Assembly (NCBI GenBank): GCA_965248955.1
Contig: OZ252212.1
Coordinates: 1,217,266 to 1,281,265, forward strand
Reading direction: 5' to 3'
DNA: 64,000 bases
Source: Dehalococcoidia bacterium
GTDB taxonomy: Bacteria > Chloroflexota > Dehalococcoidia > Lucifugimonadales > QGNO01
The notes beneath the pieces are model-generated. The model searched no databases. It worked only from the letters and a program-made list of their open reading frames with translations, and had not been told where the DNA came from. Positions 35,665 through 43,281 of the stretch are shown piece by piece. Each line of letters opens with the position of its first letter. Positions within the stretch are counted from its first letter, which is position 1. The position numbers and the translations under genes were made by a program.

Positions 35665-37785
35665 TTGATCAAAAGAGCAGTGCCGCATTTGGTGTTTGCC
35701 GCGGTTGTGGTGGGTCTGGTGGGCCTGATTTCAGTGGCCGCGCAGACGGGAGGTGTTAGCAGGTCGTTGCCTTCGGGTTCGGTTTCCGCAAGTGATGAGG
35801 TTGAAGTAACGATCAACAACGTCGGTCTTGCTGACGGATTTGGGACAGTGGTGGAAACGCTGCCCGCTGGATTCGCATATGTAGACGGGTCTGCTGCCAG
35901 CACTAATCCCGGTGCGACCGTAGGCGCTGAAGTCTCCGGCCAGGTCGTCTCCATCACTGTGGTGGGGGTGGACACGCTCACGTACAGGGTTACAGTTGGC
36001 TCAGGCGTGGCGAATGGTCAGTACACCTTCTCCGGCGTTTTGCAGAAGCTGAGCGGCGATGACGATATTCCCGATACCAGCGTAACGGTGGCTGCTGGCG
36101 CTACCACCACGCCCACCCCGACAGGCGTTAGCAGATCGTTGCCTGCGGGTTCGGTGGCCCGGGGTGATGAGGTTGAAGTAACGATCAACAACGTCGGTCT
36201 TGCTGACGGATTTGGGACAGTGGTGGAAACGCTGCCCGCTGGATTCGCATATGTAGACGGGTCTGCTGCCAGCACTAATCCCGGTGCGACCGTAGGCGCT
36301 GAAGTCTCCGGCCAGGTCGTCTCCATCACTGTGGTGGGGGTGGACACGCTCACGTACAGGGTTACAGTTGGCTCAGGCGTGGCGAATGGTCAGTACACCT
36401 TCTCCGGCGTTTTGCAGAAGCTGAGCGGCGATGACGATATTCCCGATACCAGCGTAACGCTAGGCGTTAGCAGGTCGTTGCCTGCGGGTTCGGTGGCCCC
36501 AGGTAGTGGGGTTACAGTAACGATCAACAACATAGGTCTTGCTGACGGATTTGGGACAGTGGTGGAAATGCTGCCCGCTGGATTCGCATATGTAGACGGG
36601 TCTGCTGCCAGCACTACTCCCAATGCGACCGTAGACGCTATAGTCTCCGGCCAGGTCGTCTCCATCACTGTGGTGGGGGTGGACACGCTCACGTACAGGG
36701 TTACAGTTGGCTCAGGCGTGGCGAATGGTCAGTACACCTTCTCCGGCGTTTTGCAGAAGCTGAGCGGCGATGGCAATATTCCCGCTTCCACCATAAGAGT
36801 CACGGGTACCACGCCCCCGCCGGATACGGGGCCGGGGCCGGGGTCGGGACCGTCAGATCCTGTTATCAACCAGCGGCCTACCTTCACCGAGGGCGACAGC
36901 GCGACCCGATCGGTACCGGAGTACTCGCCTGCAGGGACCAACGTGGGTGAGCCGGTAACGGCTACCGACCCTGAGGGGAGCGCCCTTACTTACGCGCTCG
37001 GTGGCGCCGATGCCGGCTTGTTCGAGGTCGATAGCTCCACGGGCCAGATCACCGTCGGCGACGATACGACCTTGGACTTCAAGACCACGGCGTCATATTC
37101 GGTCAGAGTTGACGCGAGGGACCCGTCTGGTGGACGGGACGATATCGCTGTCACCATCTCCGTAACCAACGTAGACGAGCCGGGAACGCTAAGCATATCG
37201 TCAACGGAGCCTGCGTTTGGCACGGAGCTGACGGCCACCCTGACCGACCTGGACGGTGGTATCACCGATGTAAGCTGGCAGTGGCAGTGGTCTTCCGACG
37301 GGGCTTCGTGGTTTGATATCCCTGGTGCAATGGATGCGAGCTACACTCCATCGCACAGTGACGGTGGCCTAATGCTCCGAGCCACGGCAACCTATAGCGA
37401 TGCGGTTGGAGAAGCTCCGCCGTTGGAAAGCGAAGCGACGCAGGCTCTGCCAATGGCGCCAACGCCCACACCGACGCAGGTACCGCCGACGGCTACACCT
37501 ACAGCGGTTCCACCGACGGCAACGCCTACAGCGGTTCCACCGACGGCAACGCCTACAGCGGTTCCACCGACGGCAACGCCTACAGCGGTTCCACCGATGG
37601 CAACGCCTACAGCGGTTCCGCCGGCACCTACGCCTACACCGGTTCCGCCGGCGCCTACGCCTACACCGGTTCCGCCCGAAGAAGAAGGCGGATTCCCGGG
37701 ATGGTTGGTCGTGGTCATCGTCATCGGAGTAGCGGCCATAGTCGCAGCTGGTGTCCTCATCGTTAGGAATAGGCAGCAGCGGTAA
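35665..37785 (+). CDS. Membrane-anchored surface protein: 3 tandem beta-sandwich repeats + cadherin + Ig-like module + PT stalk + C-terminal TM anchor
   Basis: TTG start 8 nt after AAGGAG, then signal peptide MIKRAVPHLVFAAVVVGLVGLISVAAQ. Three ~113-124-aa repeats follow (GVSRSLP.GSV..G..V.VTINN.GLADGFGTVVE.LPAGFAYVDGSAAST...VSGQVVSITVVGVDTLTYRVTVGSGVANGQYTFSGVL). Then one cadherin module (NQRPTFTEGDSATRSVPE...VTNVDEPG), one W.WQWS..YTP..LRATATYSD module, (PPTATPTAV)x5 (PPAPTPTPV)x2, TM segment WLVVVIVIGVAAIVAAGVLIV, and RNRQQR. Confidence 0.8.
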   Translation: MIKRAVPHLVFAAVVVGLVGLISVAAQTGGVSRSLPSGSVSASDEVEVTINNVGLADGFGTVVETLPAGFAYVDGSAASTNPGATVGAEVSGQVVSITVVGVDTLTYRVTVGSGVANGQYTFSGVLQKLSGDDDIPDTSVTVAAGATTTPTPTGVSRSLPAGSVARGDEVEVTINNVGLADGFGTVVETLPAGFAYVDGSAASTNPGATVGAEVSGQVVSITVVGVDTLTYRVTVGSGVANGQYTFSGVLQKLSGDDDIPDTSVTLGVSRSLPAGSVAPGSGVTVTINNIGLADGFGTVVEMLPAGFAYVDGSAASTTPNATVDAIVSGQVVSITVVGVDTLTYRVTVGSGVANGQYTFSGVLQKLSGDGNIPASTIRVTGTTPPPDTGPGPGSGPSDPVINQRPTFTEGDSATRSVPEYSPAGTNVGEPVTATDPEGSALTYALGGADAGLFEVDSSTGQITVGDDTTLDFKTTASYSVRVDARDPSGGRDDIAVTISVTNVDEPGTLSISSTEPAFGTELTATLTDLDGGITDVSWQWQWSSDGASWFDIPGAMDASYTPSHSDGGLMLRATATYSDAVGEAPPLESEATQALPMAPTPTPTQVPPTATPTAVPPTATPTAVPPTATPTAVPPTATPTAVPPMATPTAVPPAPTPTPVPPAPTPTPVPPEEEGGFPGWLVVVIVIGVAAIVAAGVLIVRNRQQR
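35752..36795 (+). repeat. Three tandem coding repeats (372, 339 and ~333 nt)
   Basis: Units start at 35752, 36124 and 36463. 35792-36087 and 36164-36459 (296 nt, offset 372) look identical by eye. Unit 3 carries scattered substitutions. Confidence 0.9.
37483..37671 (+). repeat. 27-nt tandem repeat x7 encoding the Pro/Thr stalk
   Basis: Units CCACCGACGGCAACGCCTACAGCGGTT. Units 2-4 are identical, units 1 and 5 differ by 1-4 nt, and units 6-7 are the CCGCCGGCNCCTACGCCTACACCGGTT variant. The array is exactly 7 x 27 = 189 nt. Confidence 0.9.
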
Positions 37786-37822
37786 GCTTCGATCAGAAAC
37801 CAGGCAGTAATAAGACGTTTGG

Positions 37823-37858
37823 GATAGGGGGCCACGAAAGGCCCCCTATCTCTTTTCT
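37823..37858 (+). terminator. Rho-independent terminator
   Basis: GATAGGGGGCC, loop acgaaa, GGCCCCCTATC, followed by TCTTTTCT. It lies 38 nt after the TAA at 37785. Confidence 0.8.
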
Positions 37859-37901
37859 ATTGGCCAGAGACTTGAATCGGCGCATACGTCGCTGAGCAAC
37901 T

Positions 37902-40115
37902 ATGCACGCATCCAATAACCTATACGCAGTCCTCAAGTCCCGGTTTGGCTACGACAGCTTTCGTGAGCATCAGGAGGAGATCATCGGCAATGTGCTGGCC
38001 GGCCGGGATAGCCTAGTGCTCATGCCCACCGGGGGCGGCAAGTCCCTCTGCTATCAGCTGCCCGCCCTGGTGCTCGACGGCGTCACCCTCGTCGTCTCCC
38101 CTCTGATTGCCCTAATGAAGGACCAGGTGGACGCCCTGAACCATAACGGCATCGCCGCACGGTACATCAACAGCTCCCTGTCCGCCTTCGAAATCGAGCG
38201 CGTGCGGTCGCAAGTCCTGGACGGGCAGGTCAGGATCCTGTACGTCGCCCCGGAGCGGCTGGCGCTTCCGGCGTTTCGCCGCTTTCTCTCCGGCCTCAAC
38301 TTGTGCCTCATCGCCATCGACGAGGCACACTGCATCTCGGAATGGGGCCACGAGTTCCGCCCCGATTATCGCAATCTGCGACAGCTGCGCGACGACTTCC
38401 CCTCGGTGCCAGTCATCGCCCTGACCGCCACTGCGACGGAGCGCGTCCGGCGGGACATCATCGACCAGCTGGGACTGCAGGACGGCCGAGTATTCCTGTC
38501 CAGCTTCAACCGTCCCAACCTCACCTACTCTGTGCAGGCCAAGGGCAGGACTTGGGCGCAGCTGACCTATCTGCTCGACGACAGGCGCGGGCAGTCGACC
38601 ATTGTCTACTGCTTCTCCCGCCAGGAGACGGAGGACCTAGCCGGGTTCCTCAACGACTGCGGCCTGTCGGCCCGCCCCTATCACGCCGGGCTGGACGCCG
38701 ACACCCGCCGTCGCAACCAGGAGGAGTTCATCCGAGACAGGGTCTCCGTCATCGTGGCTACCATTGCCTTTGGCATGGGCATAGACAAGCCTGACATCCG
38801 GCTCGTGGTGCACTACGGCCTCCCCAGGTCTATTGAGGGCTATTACCAGGAGACGGGGCGCGCCGGCAGGGACGGCCTGCCCAGCGAGTGCGTTCTCTTC
38901 TTCTCCTACGCCGACAAGGCCAAGCAGGAGCACTTCGTCAACCAGATAGAGGACGCCTCAGAGCGGCACAACACCCGGGAGAAGCTGGCCAGGATGGTGG
39001 AGCTCGCGCAGCTTCCCACCTGCCGCCGCCGGTTCATGCTGGAGTATTTTGGGGAGCAGTGGACGGAAGAGCGTTGCGGCGGCTGTGACGTGTGCCTGGA
39101 GTCCAGGGGAAGGTTCGACGCCACCGAGGTCGTGCAGAAGATACTTTCGGCAGTGATACGCACCGGTGAGCGGTTTGGAGCGCAGTACGTCATCCAGGTG
39201 CTGACGGGCAGCCGCGAGAAGCGGGTGCTGGAACTGGGACACGACAAGCTGAGCGTGTACGGCATCACGAGGGACATGGGGCGGTCGCAGCTGCGGGAGA
39301 TAATAGGGCAGCTTCAGGCGAAGGGGCTGCTGGAACGGGCGGAGAGCGAGTTCCCGATTCTGCTAGTCTCCGACGAGGGGCGATCGTTCCTGCACGAGCG
39401 GCGGACGCTGATGCTGCCACGGCCGCAGTCGGACGACGGGGGCGGTCGCTCGGCGGCGCAGGCGGCTGCTGACTACGACGAAGGTCTGTTCGAAGAGCTG
39501 CGGGCGTTGCGACGACGGCTGGCCGACGGTCGCGACGTGCCCCCGTACGTGGTGTTCGGCGACGCGTCACTGCGGGGCATGGCCGCGGCCATGCCCCGCA
39601 GCAAGGAGGAGTTCCTGGACATACACGGCGTGGGCAGGGTGAAGGCGGAGGAATACGGCGATACGTTCTTGGAGGCGATACAACGGTACGTGGCGGAGAA
39701 CGGCGTGCAGCGCAAGGAAAGCGCGGCGCCGGCGCAGCGGGGGCCGGTGGACGGGCCTGAAGCAGGACAGCCGGAAGGGCCGGGGCGCCCCCGGGGAGCC
39801 ACCTACGATGAGACCAGACGCTTGCTGTCCCAGGGACTGTACGTTGCTCAAATAGCGGCGCGGAGAGGCCTATCGGAGGGTACCGTCATCGGCCACATCG
39901 AACGCATGGCAGAAGAGGGAACGGCCATGGACCTGGAACACGCCAGGCCTGGCGTGGAAAGGCTGGGCCAGATAGAGGAGGCCTTCGACGTCTGCGGCAG
40001 TGCATTCCTCAGGCCGGTCTGGGAGTTTCTCAGCGACCGGTTCACCTACGCCGAGATCCGACTGGCCCGCGTATACCTGCGCCAGGAAGGAAGGCTGCCG
40101 GAGCCGGAGGGGTAA
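37902..40115 (+). CDS. recQ: ATP-dependent DNA helicase RecQ with HRDC and C-terminal HTH extension
   Basis: FGYDSFREHQEEII, MPTGGGKSLCYQLPA (motif I), DEAHCISEWGHEFRPDY (DEAH), TATAT, IVATIAFGMGIDKPDIRLVVHY, QETGRAGRDG. Zn-binding CRR...CGGCDVC, and an HRDC-like region. About 120 extra C-terminal aa have an HTH-like sequence AQIAARRGLSEGTVIGHIERM. Confidence 0.95.
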   Translation: MHASNNLYAVLKSRFGYDSFREHQEEIIGNVLAGRDSLVLMPTGGGKSLCYQLPALVLDGVTLVVSPLIALMKDQVDALNHNGIAARYINSSLSAFEIERVRSQVLDGQVRILYVAPERLALPAFRRFLSGLNLCLIAIDEAHCISEWGHEFRPDYRNLRQLRDDFPSVPVIALTATATERVRRDIIDQLGLQDGRVFLSSFNRPNLTYSVQAKGRTWAQLTYLLDDRRGQSTIVYCFSRQETEDLAGFLNDCGLSARPYHAGLDADTRRRNQEEFIRDRVSVIVATIAFGMGIDKPDIRLVVHYGLPRSIEGYYQETGRAGRDGLPSECVLFFSYADKAKQEHFVNQIEDASERHNTREKLARMVELAQLPTCRRRFMLEYFGEQWTEERCGGCDVCLESRGRFDATEVVQKILSAVIRTGERFGAQYVIQVLTGSREKRVLELGHDKLSVYGITRDMGRSQLREIIGQLQAKGLLERAESEFPILLVSDEGRSFLHERRTLMLPRPQSDDGGGRSAAQAAADYDEGLFEELRALRRRLADGRDVPPYVVFGDASLRGMAAAMPRSKEEFLDIHGVGRVKAEEYGDTFLEAIQRYVAENGVQRKESAAPAQRGPVDGPEAGQPEGPGRPRGATYDETRRLLSQGLYVAQIAARRGLSEGTVIGHIERMAEEGTAMDLEHARPGVERLGQIEEAFDVCGSAFLRPVWEFLSDRFTYAEIRLARVYLRQEGRLPEPEG

Positions 40116-40212
40116 ACGCCACCTACACCACCGGCCCGAGCCCCTAGGCCGTGCCTTGCCGCCGTGGACCGAGGGCTCCGCGCACCACTTGGCGGCATTT
40201 GCGAGCCCCACC

Positions 40213-40241
40213 TTGACACCTAAGGCTGCTCCTTGAATAAT
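40213..40241 (+). promoter_or_regulatory. Sigma70-like promoter for the GYD/DUF1028 operon
   Basis: TTGACA (40213-40218), 17-nt spacer, AATAAT (40236-40241). About 80-nt leader before the AAGGAGG Shine-Dalgarno at 40313. Confidence 0.5.
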
Positions 40242-40325
40242 GCGTCTCGTCTCAAGCGGCGTGCACCCTACCTTCTGAACGCGTGTTTGGACGCTGATTG
40301 AGCATACTTGGCAAGGAGGCCCATC

Positions 40326-40628
40326 TTGACAGCTTACATAGGTTTGCTGAAATTCAATGAGTCGCCCAAACGGGGTGGAGAGGAGGAGCTGGCTACGGGT
40401 AGAGTGGCGCGAGCTATCGCCGAGATAGAGAATCACGGCGCCAGATTCCTCAGCATTCTTTGGTCGGAGGGTGATTACGACATGGTACTGACCCTGGAGT
40501 CCAAGAATGAAGCCGTAGCGAACGCCATATTCACCAAGCTGGGCGAACAGGAGAACGCGACAATATCCGTCTCGCCGGCATTGGTGGACTGGGAAAAACG
40601 CCTATCGGTGCAGGGGAAGTCTTACTAA
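40326..40628 (+). CDS. GYD-domain-like small protein, copy 1
   Basis: TTG start 6 nt after AAGGAGG (the ORF track starts at the in-frame TTG at 40308). The sequence YIGLLKFNE...ILWSEGDYDMVLTLESKNEAVANAIFTKLGEQENATISVSPAL resembles the GYD family pattern (Y..L.k.t......W..GeYD.v.i.e.pd.......l.l...G...t). Confidence 0.6.
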   Translation: MTAYIGLLKFNESPKRGGEEELATGRVARAIAEIENHGARFLSILWSEGDYDMVLTLESKNEAVANAIFTKLGEQENATISVSPALVDWEKRLSVQGKSY

Positions 40629-40639
40629 GGAGTTGACTT

Positions 40640-41323
40640 ATGACGATGACGATAGTGGGCTACGACGCGGAAACGGGTCAGTTTGGCGGAGCGGTAGCGA
40701 CTAAGAACCCAGCGGTGGGTTCCAGGGTGCTGCGTGGTATAGGAGAGGTGGGGATGGTGGGTTTCAGCTCGGTGGAGACGCAGAGGCGGCGTGGGATAGC
40801 CATGCTGCAGCTGGGGTTTCCCGCTGAGGTGGCGCTAGAGGCCTTGATCAAGGTGAGCAACGGTGCGGGACAGTACAGCCTGATAGACAGGACGGGTAAG
40901 TCAGCGGCGTACACGTCGCCTGGGCTGAGTCCGTGGGCTGGAAGCAGGACAGGAAGGCACTATGCGTGCAGTGCGAACACGATGGTAGGGCCGGAGGTGG
41001 TGAAGGCGCTGGGCGACACGTTCGAGGAGACGGATGGGATGGGGATGCCGCTAGAGGAGAGGCTGTTGAGGTGTTTGGAGGCGGCGCAGTCAGTAGGAGG
41101 AGACCACCGGGGCAGGCAGGCGGCGGCGGTACAGGTGCACTGGAAGAGAATAGATGCGAATGCGAACCTGGACGTGAGGGTGGACGACAGTGCGAATCCG
41201 ATACCGGAGTTGAGGGCGGCGGTGAAGAACTATCGTCAGATCTTCCCTGAATACCATGATAGAACATGGCCGGAATTGTCGGGTATCGGGGGACACACCA
41301 TCCTGTACCCTGGCGGCTGGTAG
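40640..41323 (+). CDS. DUF1028-family (Ntn-hydrolase fold) protein, copy a
   Basis: The N-terminus MTMTIVGYDAETGQFGGAVATKNPAVGSRV matches the DUF1028 signature MTFSIVA.D..TG..GvAv.S, with Thr2 as putative nucleophile. 227 aa. Confidence 0.7.
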   Translation: MTMTIVGYDAETGQFGGAVATKNPAVGSRVLRGIGEVGMVGFSSVETQRRRGIAMLQLGFPAEVALEALIKVSNGAGQYSLIDRTGKSAAYTSPGLSPWAGSRTGRHYACSANTMVGPEVVKALGDTFEETDGMGMPLEERLLRCLEAAQSVGGDHRGRQAAAVQVHWKRIDANANLDVRVDDSANPIPELRAAVKNYRQIFPEYHDRTWPELSGIGGHTILYPGGW

Positions 41324-41351
41324 GCCTGTTGGAATACAAAGGAGAAACAAG

Positions 41352-41669
41352 ATGCCGGTATACGTTGCCTTGGTGAAATTGAATGGACAGAGAACTGGTG
41401 AAGAAGAGCTTGCCGCGGGGAAGGCCGCACTGGACTTGTCCCAAGAGGAGAGCGGCGGGACCGCCGCTATTACTACAAGCAGCGGCTACTACGGTCTGTA
41501 CTGGACCGAAGGCGAAGCTGATATGGTGCTTACGTATTCCAAGCGAGACGAGGAGGAAGCTCGCGCTTTTGCCAAGCGGCTGGAGCAGCGGCAGAACTCC
41601 AGCATTACAGTGATGAAGGCGCTCACCGAAGGCGAGAAGGAACGCGCTGTGCAGGGTAGGCGGGTGTAG
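41352..41669 (+). CDS. GYD-domain-like small protein, copy 2 (highly diverged from copy 1)
   Basis: ATG 7 nt after AAGGAG. Sequence MPVYVALVKLNG...GLYWTEGEADMVLTYSKRDEEEARAFAKRLEQRQNSSITVMKAL. Same architecture as copy 1, but only about one third of residues are shared. Confidence 0.6.
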   Translation: MPVYVALVKLNGQRTGEEELAAGKAALDLSQEESGGTAAITTSSGYYGLYWTEGEADMVLTYSKRDEEEARAFAKRLEQRQNSSITVMKALTEGEKERAVQGRRV

Positions 41670-41672
41670 GCC

Positions 41673-42356
41673 ATGACGATGACGATAGTGGGCTATGACG
41701 TGGAGACAGGTCAGTTTGGCGGAGCGGTAGCGACGAAGAACCCGGCGGTAGGCTCCAGGGTGCTGCGTGGTATAGGAGAGGTGGGGATGGTGGGGTTCAG
41801 CTCGGTGGAGACGCAGAGGCGGCGCGGCATAGCCATGCTGCAGCTGGGCTTCCCCGCTGACGTGGCGCTAGAGGCCTTGATCAAGGTGAGCAACGGTGCG
41901 GGACAGTACAGCTTGATCGACAGGACGGGTACGTCTGCGGCGTACACGTCGCCTGGGCATAGTCCGTGGGCTGGAAGCAGGACAGGGCGGCACTATGCGT
42001 GCAGTGCGAACACGATGGTAGGTCCTGAGGTGGTGAAGGCGCTGGGCGACACGTTTGAGGAGACAGAGGGTGTGGGGATGCCGCTAGAGGAGAGGCTGTT
42101 GAGGTGTTTGGAGGCGGCACAGTCGGTGGGAGGAGACAACCGGGGTAGGCAGGCGGCGGCGGTACAGATGCACTGGAAGAGGATAGATGCGAATGCGAAC
42201 TTGGACGTGAGGGTGGACGACAGTGCAAATCCGATACCTGAGTTGAGGGCGGCGGTGAAGAACTATCGACAGATCTTCCCTGAATACTCCGACCGCACCT
42301 GGCCTCATCTCACCGGCACCGGCGGCTACCGGATACTATATCCGCAGAACTGGTGA
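41673..42356 (+). CDS. DUF1028-family (Ntn-hydrolase fold) protein, copy b
   Basis: 227 aa, co-linear with copy a. I count about 16 substitutions, half of them in the last ~22 residues. The start is 3 nt after the GYD copy 2 stop. Confidence 0.7.
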   Translation: MTMTIVGYDVETGQFGGAVATKNPAVGSRVLRGIGEVGMVGFSSVETQRRRGIAMLQLGFPADVALEALIKVSNGAGQYSLIDRTGTSAAYTSPGHSPWAGSRTGRHYACSANTMVGPEVVKALGDTFEETEGVGMPLEERLLRCLEAAQSVGGDNRGRQAAAVQMHWKRIDANANLDVRVDDSANPIPELRAAVKNYRQIFPEYSDRTWPHLTGTGGYRILYPQNW

Positions 42357-42366
42357 TTGGTACTGA

Positions 42367-43269
42367 TTAGCGCCCGCGAAGCCTGGGATCGAATACGTCC
42401 CTGAGGGCGTCGCCAAAGACGTTGATGGCGAAAACCACCAGCGTAAGCGCCATTCCGGGGAATATGCCAATCCAGGGCGCGCTGGCGAAGTCCATGAGTA
42501 TCTGACCGGAAAGCATTCCGCCCCACGAGATAATGTGAGGGGGTAATCCGACTCCTAGAAAGCTGAGCGAGGCTTCAATTACAATTGCGGAACCAATCAT
42601 GGTGGTAGCCACCACCATCATGGGGCCAAAGGTATTGGGCAGGATGTGCCGCAGCATGATCCTGAGATCGCTGCCACCTATTGATACGGATGCATCCACG
42701 TAGGGCAGTTCTTTGATACTGAGCGCCTGGGAACGAATGATCCGTACTCCGCGGCTTGTGAAGATGATGATCATAGCCGTAATCAAACTGAGGAAACCGG
42801 GCCCAAACGCTGCCATCAGGGCAAGGCCCAGCACAAGTGAAGGTAAGTAGGTTATAGAGTCTATGAACCTCTGAATGATCAAGTCGGTCTTGCCGCCGTA
42901 GTAGGCGCTGGTTATACCTACGAATGCTCCTATGCTGGTCGCAACCAGCATAGTAAGAACGCCCACGAAGAGTGAGACCCGGGTCCCGTAGATCGTTCGG
43001 CTGAAGATGTCTCTTCCCAGTATATCCGTTCCGAACCAGAATTCTGAGTTTGGGGACAGCAGTTGAGTAAATCCGCTGATGTCCCAGGGATCATGGGGCA
43101 CGATTGCAGGCGCGCCCAACGCCACCAACGAAGCGAAGAGCAATATCACGACACCGGTCCCGCCCAACGGTTTCGTCCGCATGAAATGCAAGAACTGCTG
43201 CGCAACGTTGGGACGCTTGACCTTACTAAAATCAACCGAAACTGTGATCGAGTCTTGACGTGTGGTCAT
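42367..43269 (-). CDS. ABC transporter permease, DppC/OppC type
   Basis: N-terminal OppC-like segment, 6 TMS, EAA-type loop SIKELPYVDASVSIGGSDLRIMLRHILPN. Confidence 0.85.
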   Translation of the reverse strand: MTTRQDSITVSVDFSKVKRPNVAQQFLHFMRTKPLGGTGVVILLFASLVALGAPAIVPHDPWDISGFTQLLSPNSEFWFGTDILGRDIFSRTIYGTRVSLFVGVLTMLVATSIGAFVGITSAYYGGKTDLIIQRFIDSITYLPSLVLGLALMAAFGPGFLSLITAMIIIFTSRGVRIIRSQALSIKELPYVDASVSIGGSDLRIMLRHILPNTFGPMMVVATTMIGSAIVIEASLSFLGVGLPPHIISWGGMLSGQILMDFASAPWIGIFPGMALTLVVFAINVFGDALRDVFDPRLRGR

Positions 43270-43281
43270 ACCAAATTCTCC

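Noticed and set aside
35583-36941. Four near-identical minus-strand ORFs (MSVSTPTTVMETTWPET...), which look like a paralogous gene family
   Set aside because: They are the antisense image of the three plus-strand tandem coding repeats. Their similarity simply mirrors the DNA repeat.
35752-37671. Regularly spaced direct repeats (372/339-nt and 27-nt periods) that could be mistaken for a CRISPR array
   Set aside because: The repeats are contiguous with no unique spacers, lie in frame inside a long ORF, and encode protein domains and a PT linker. No cas genes are present.
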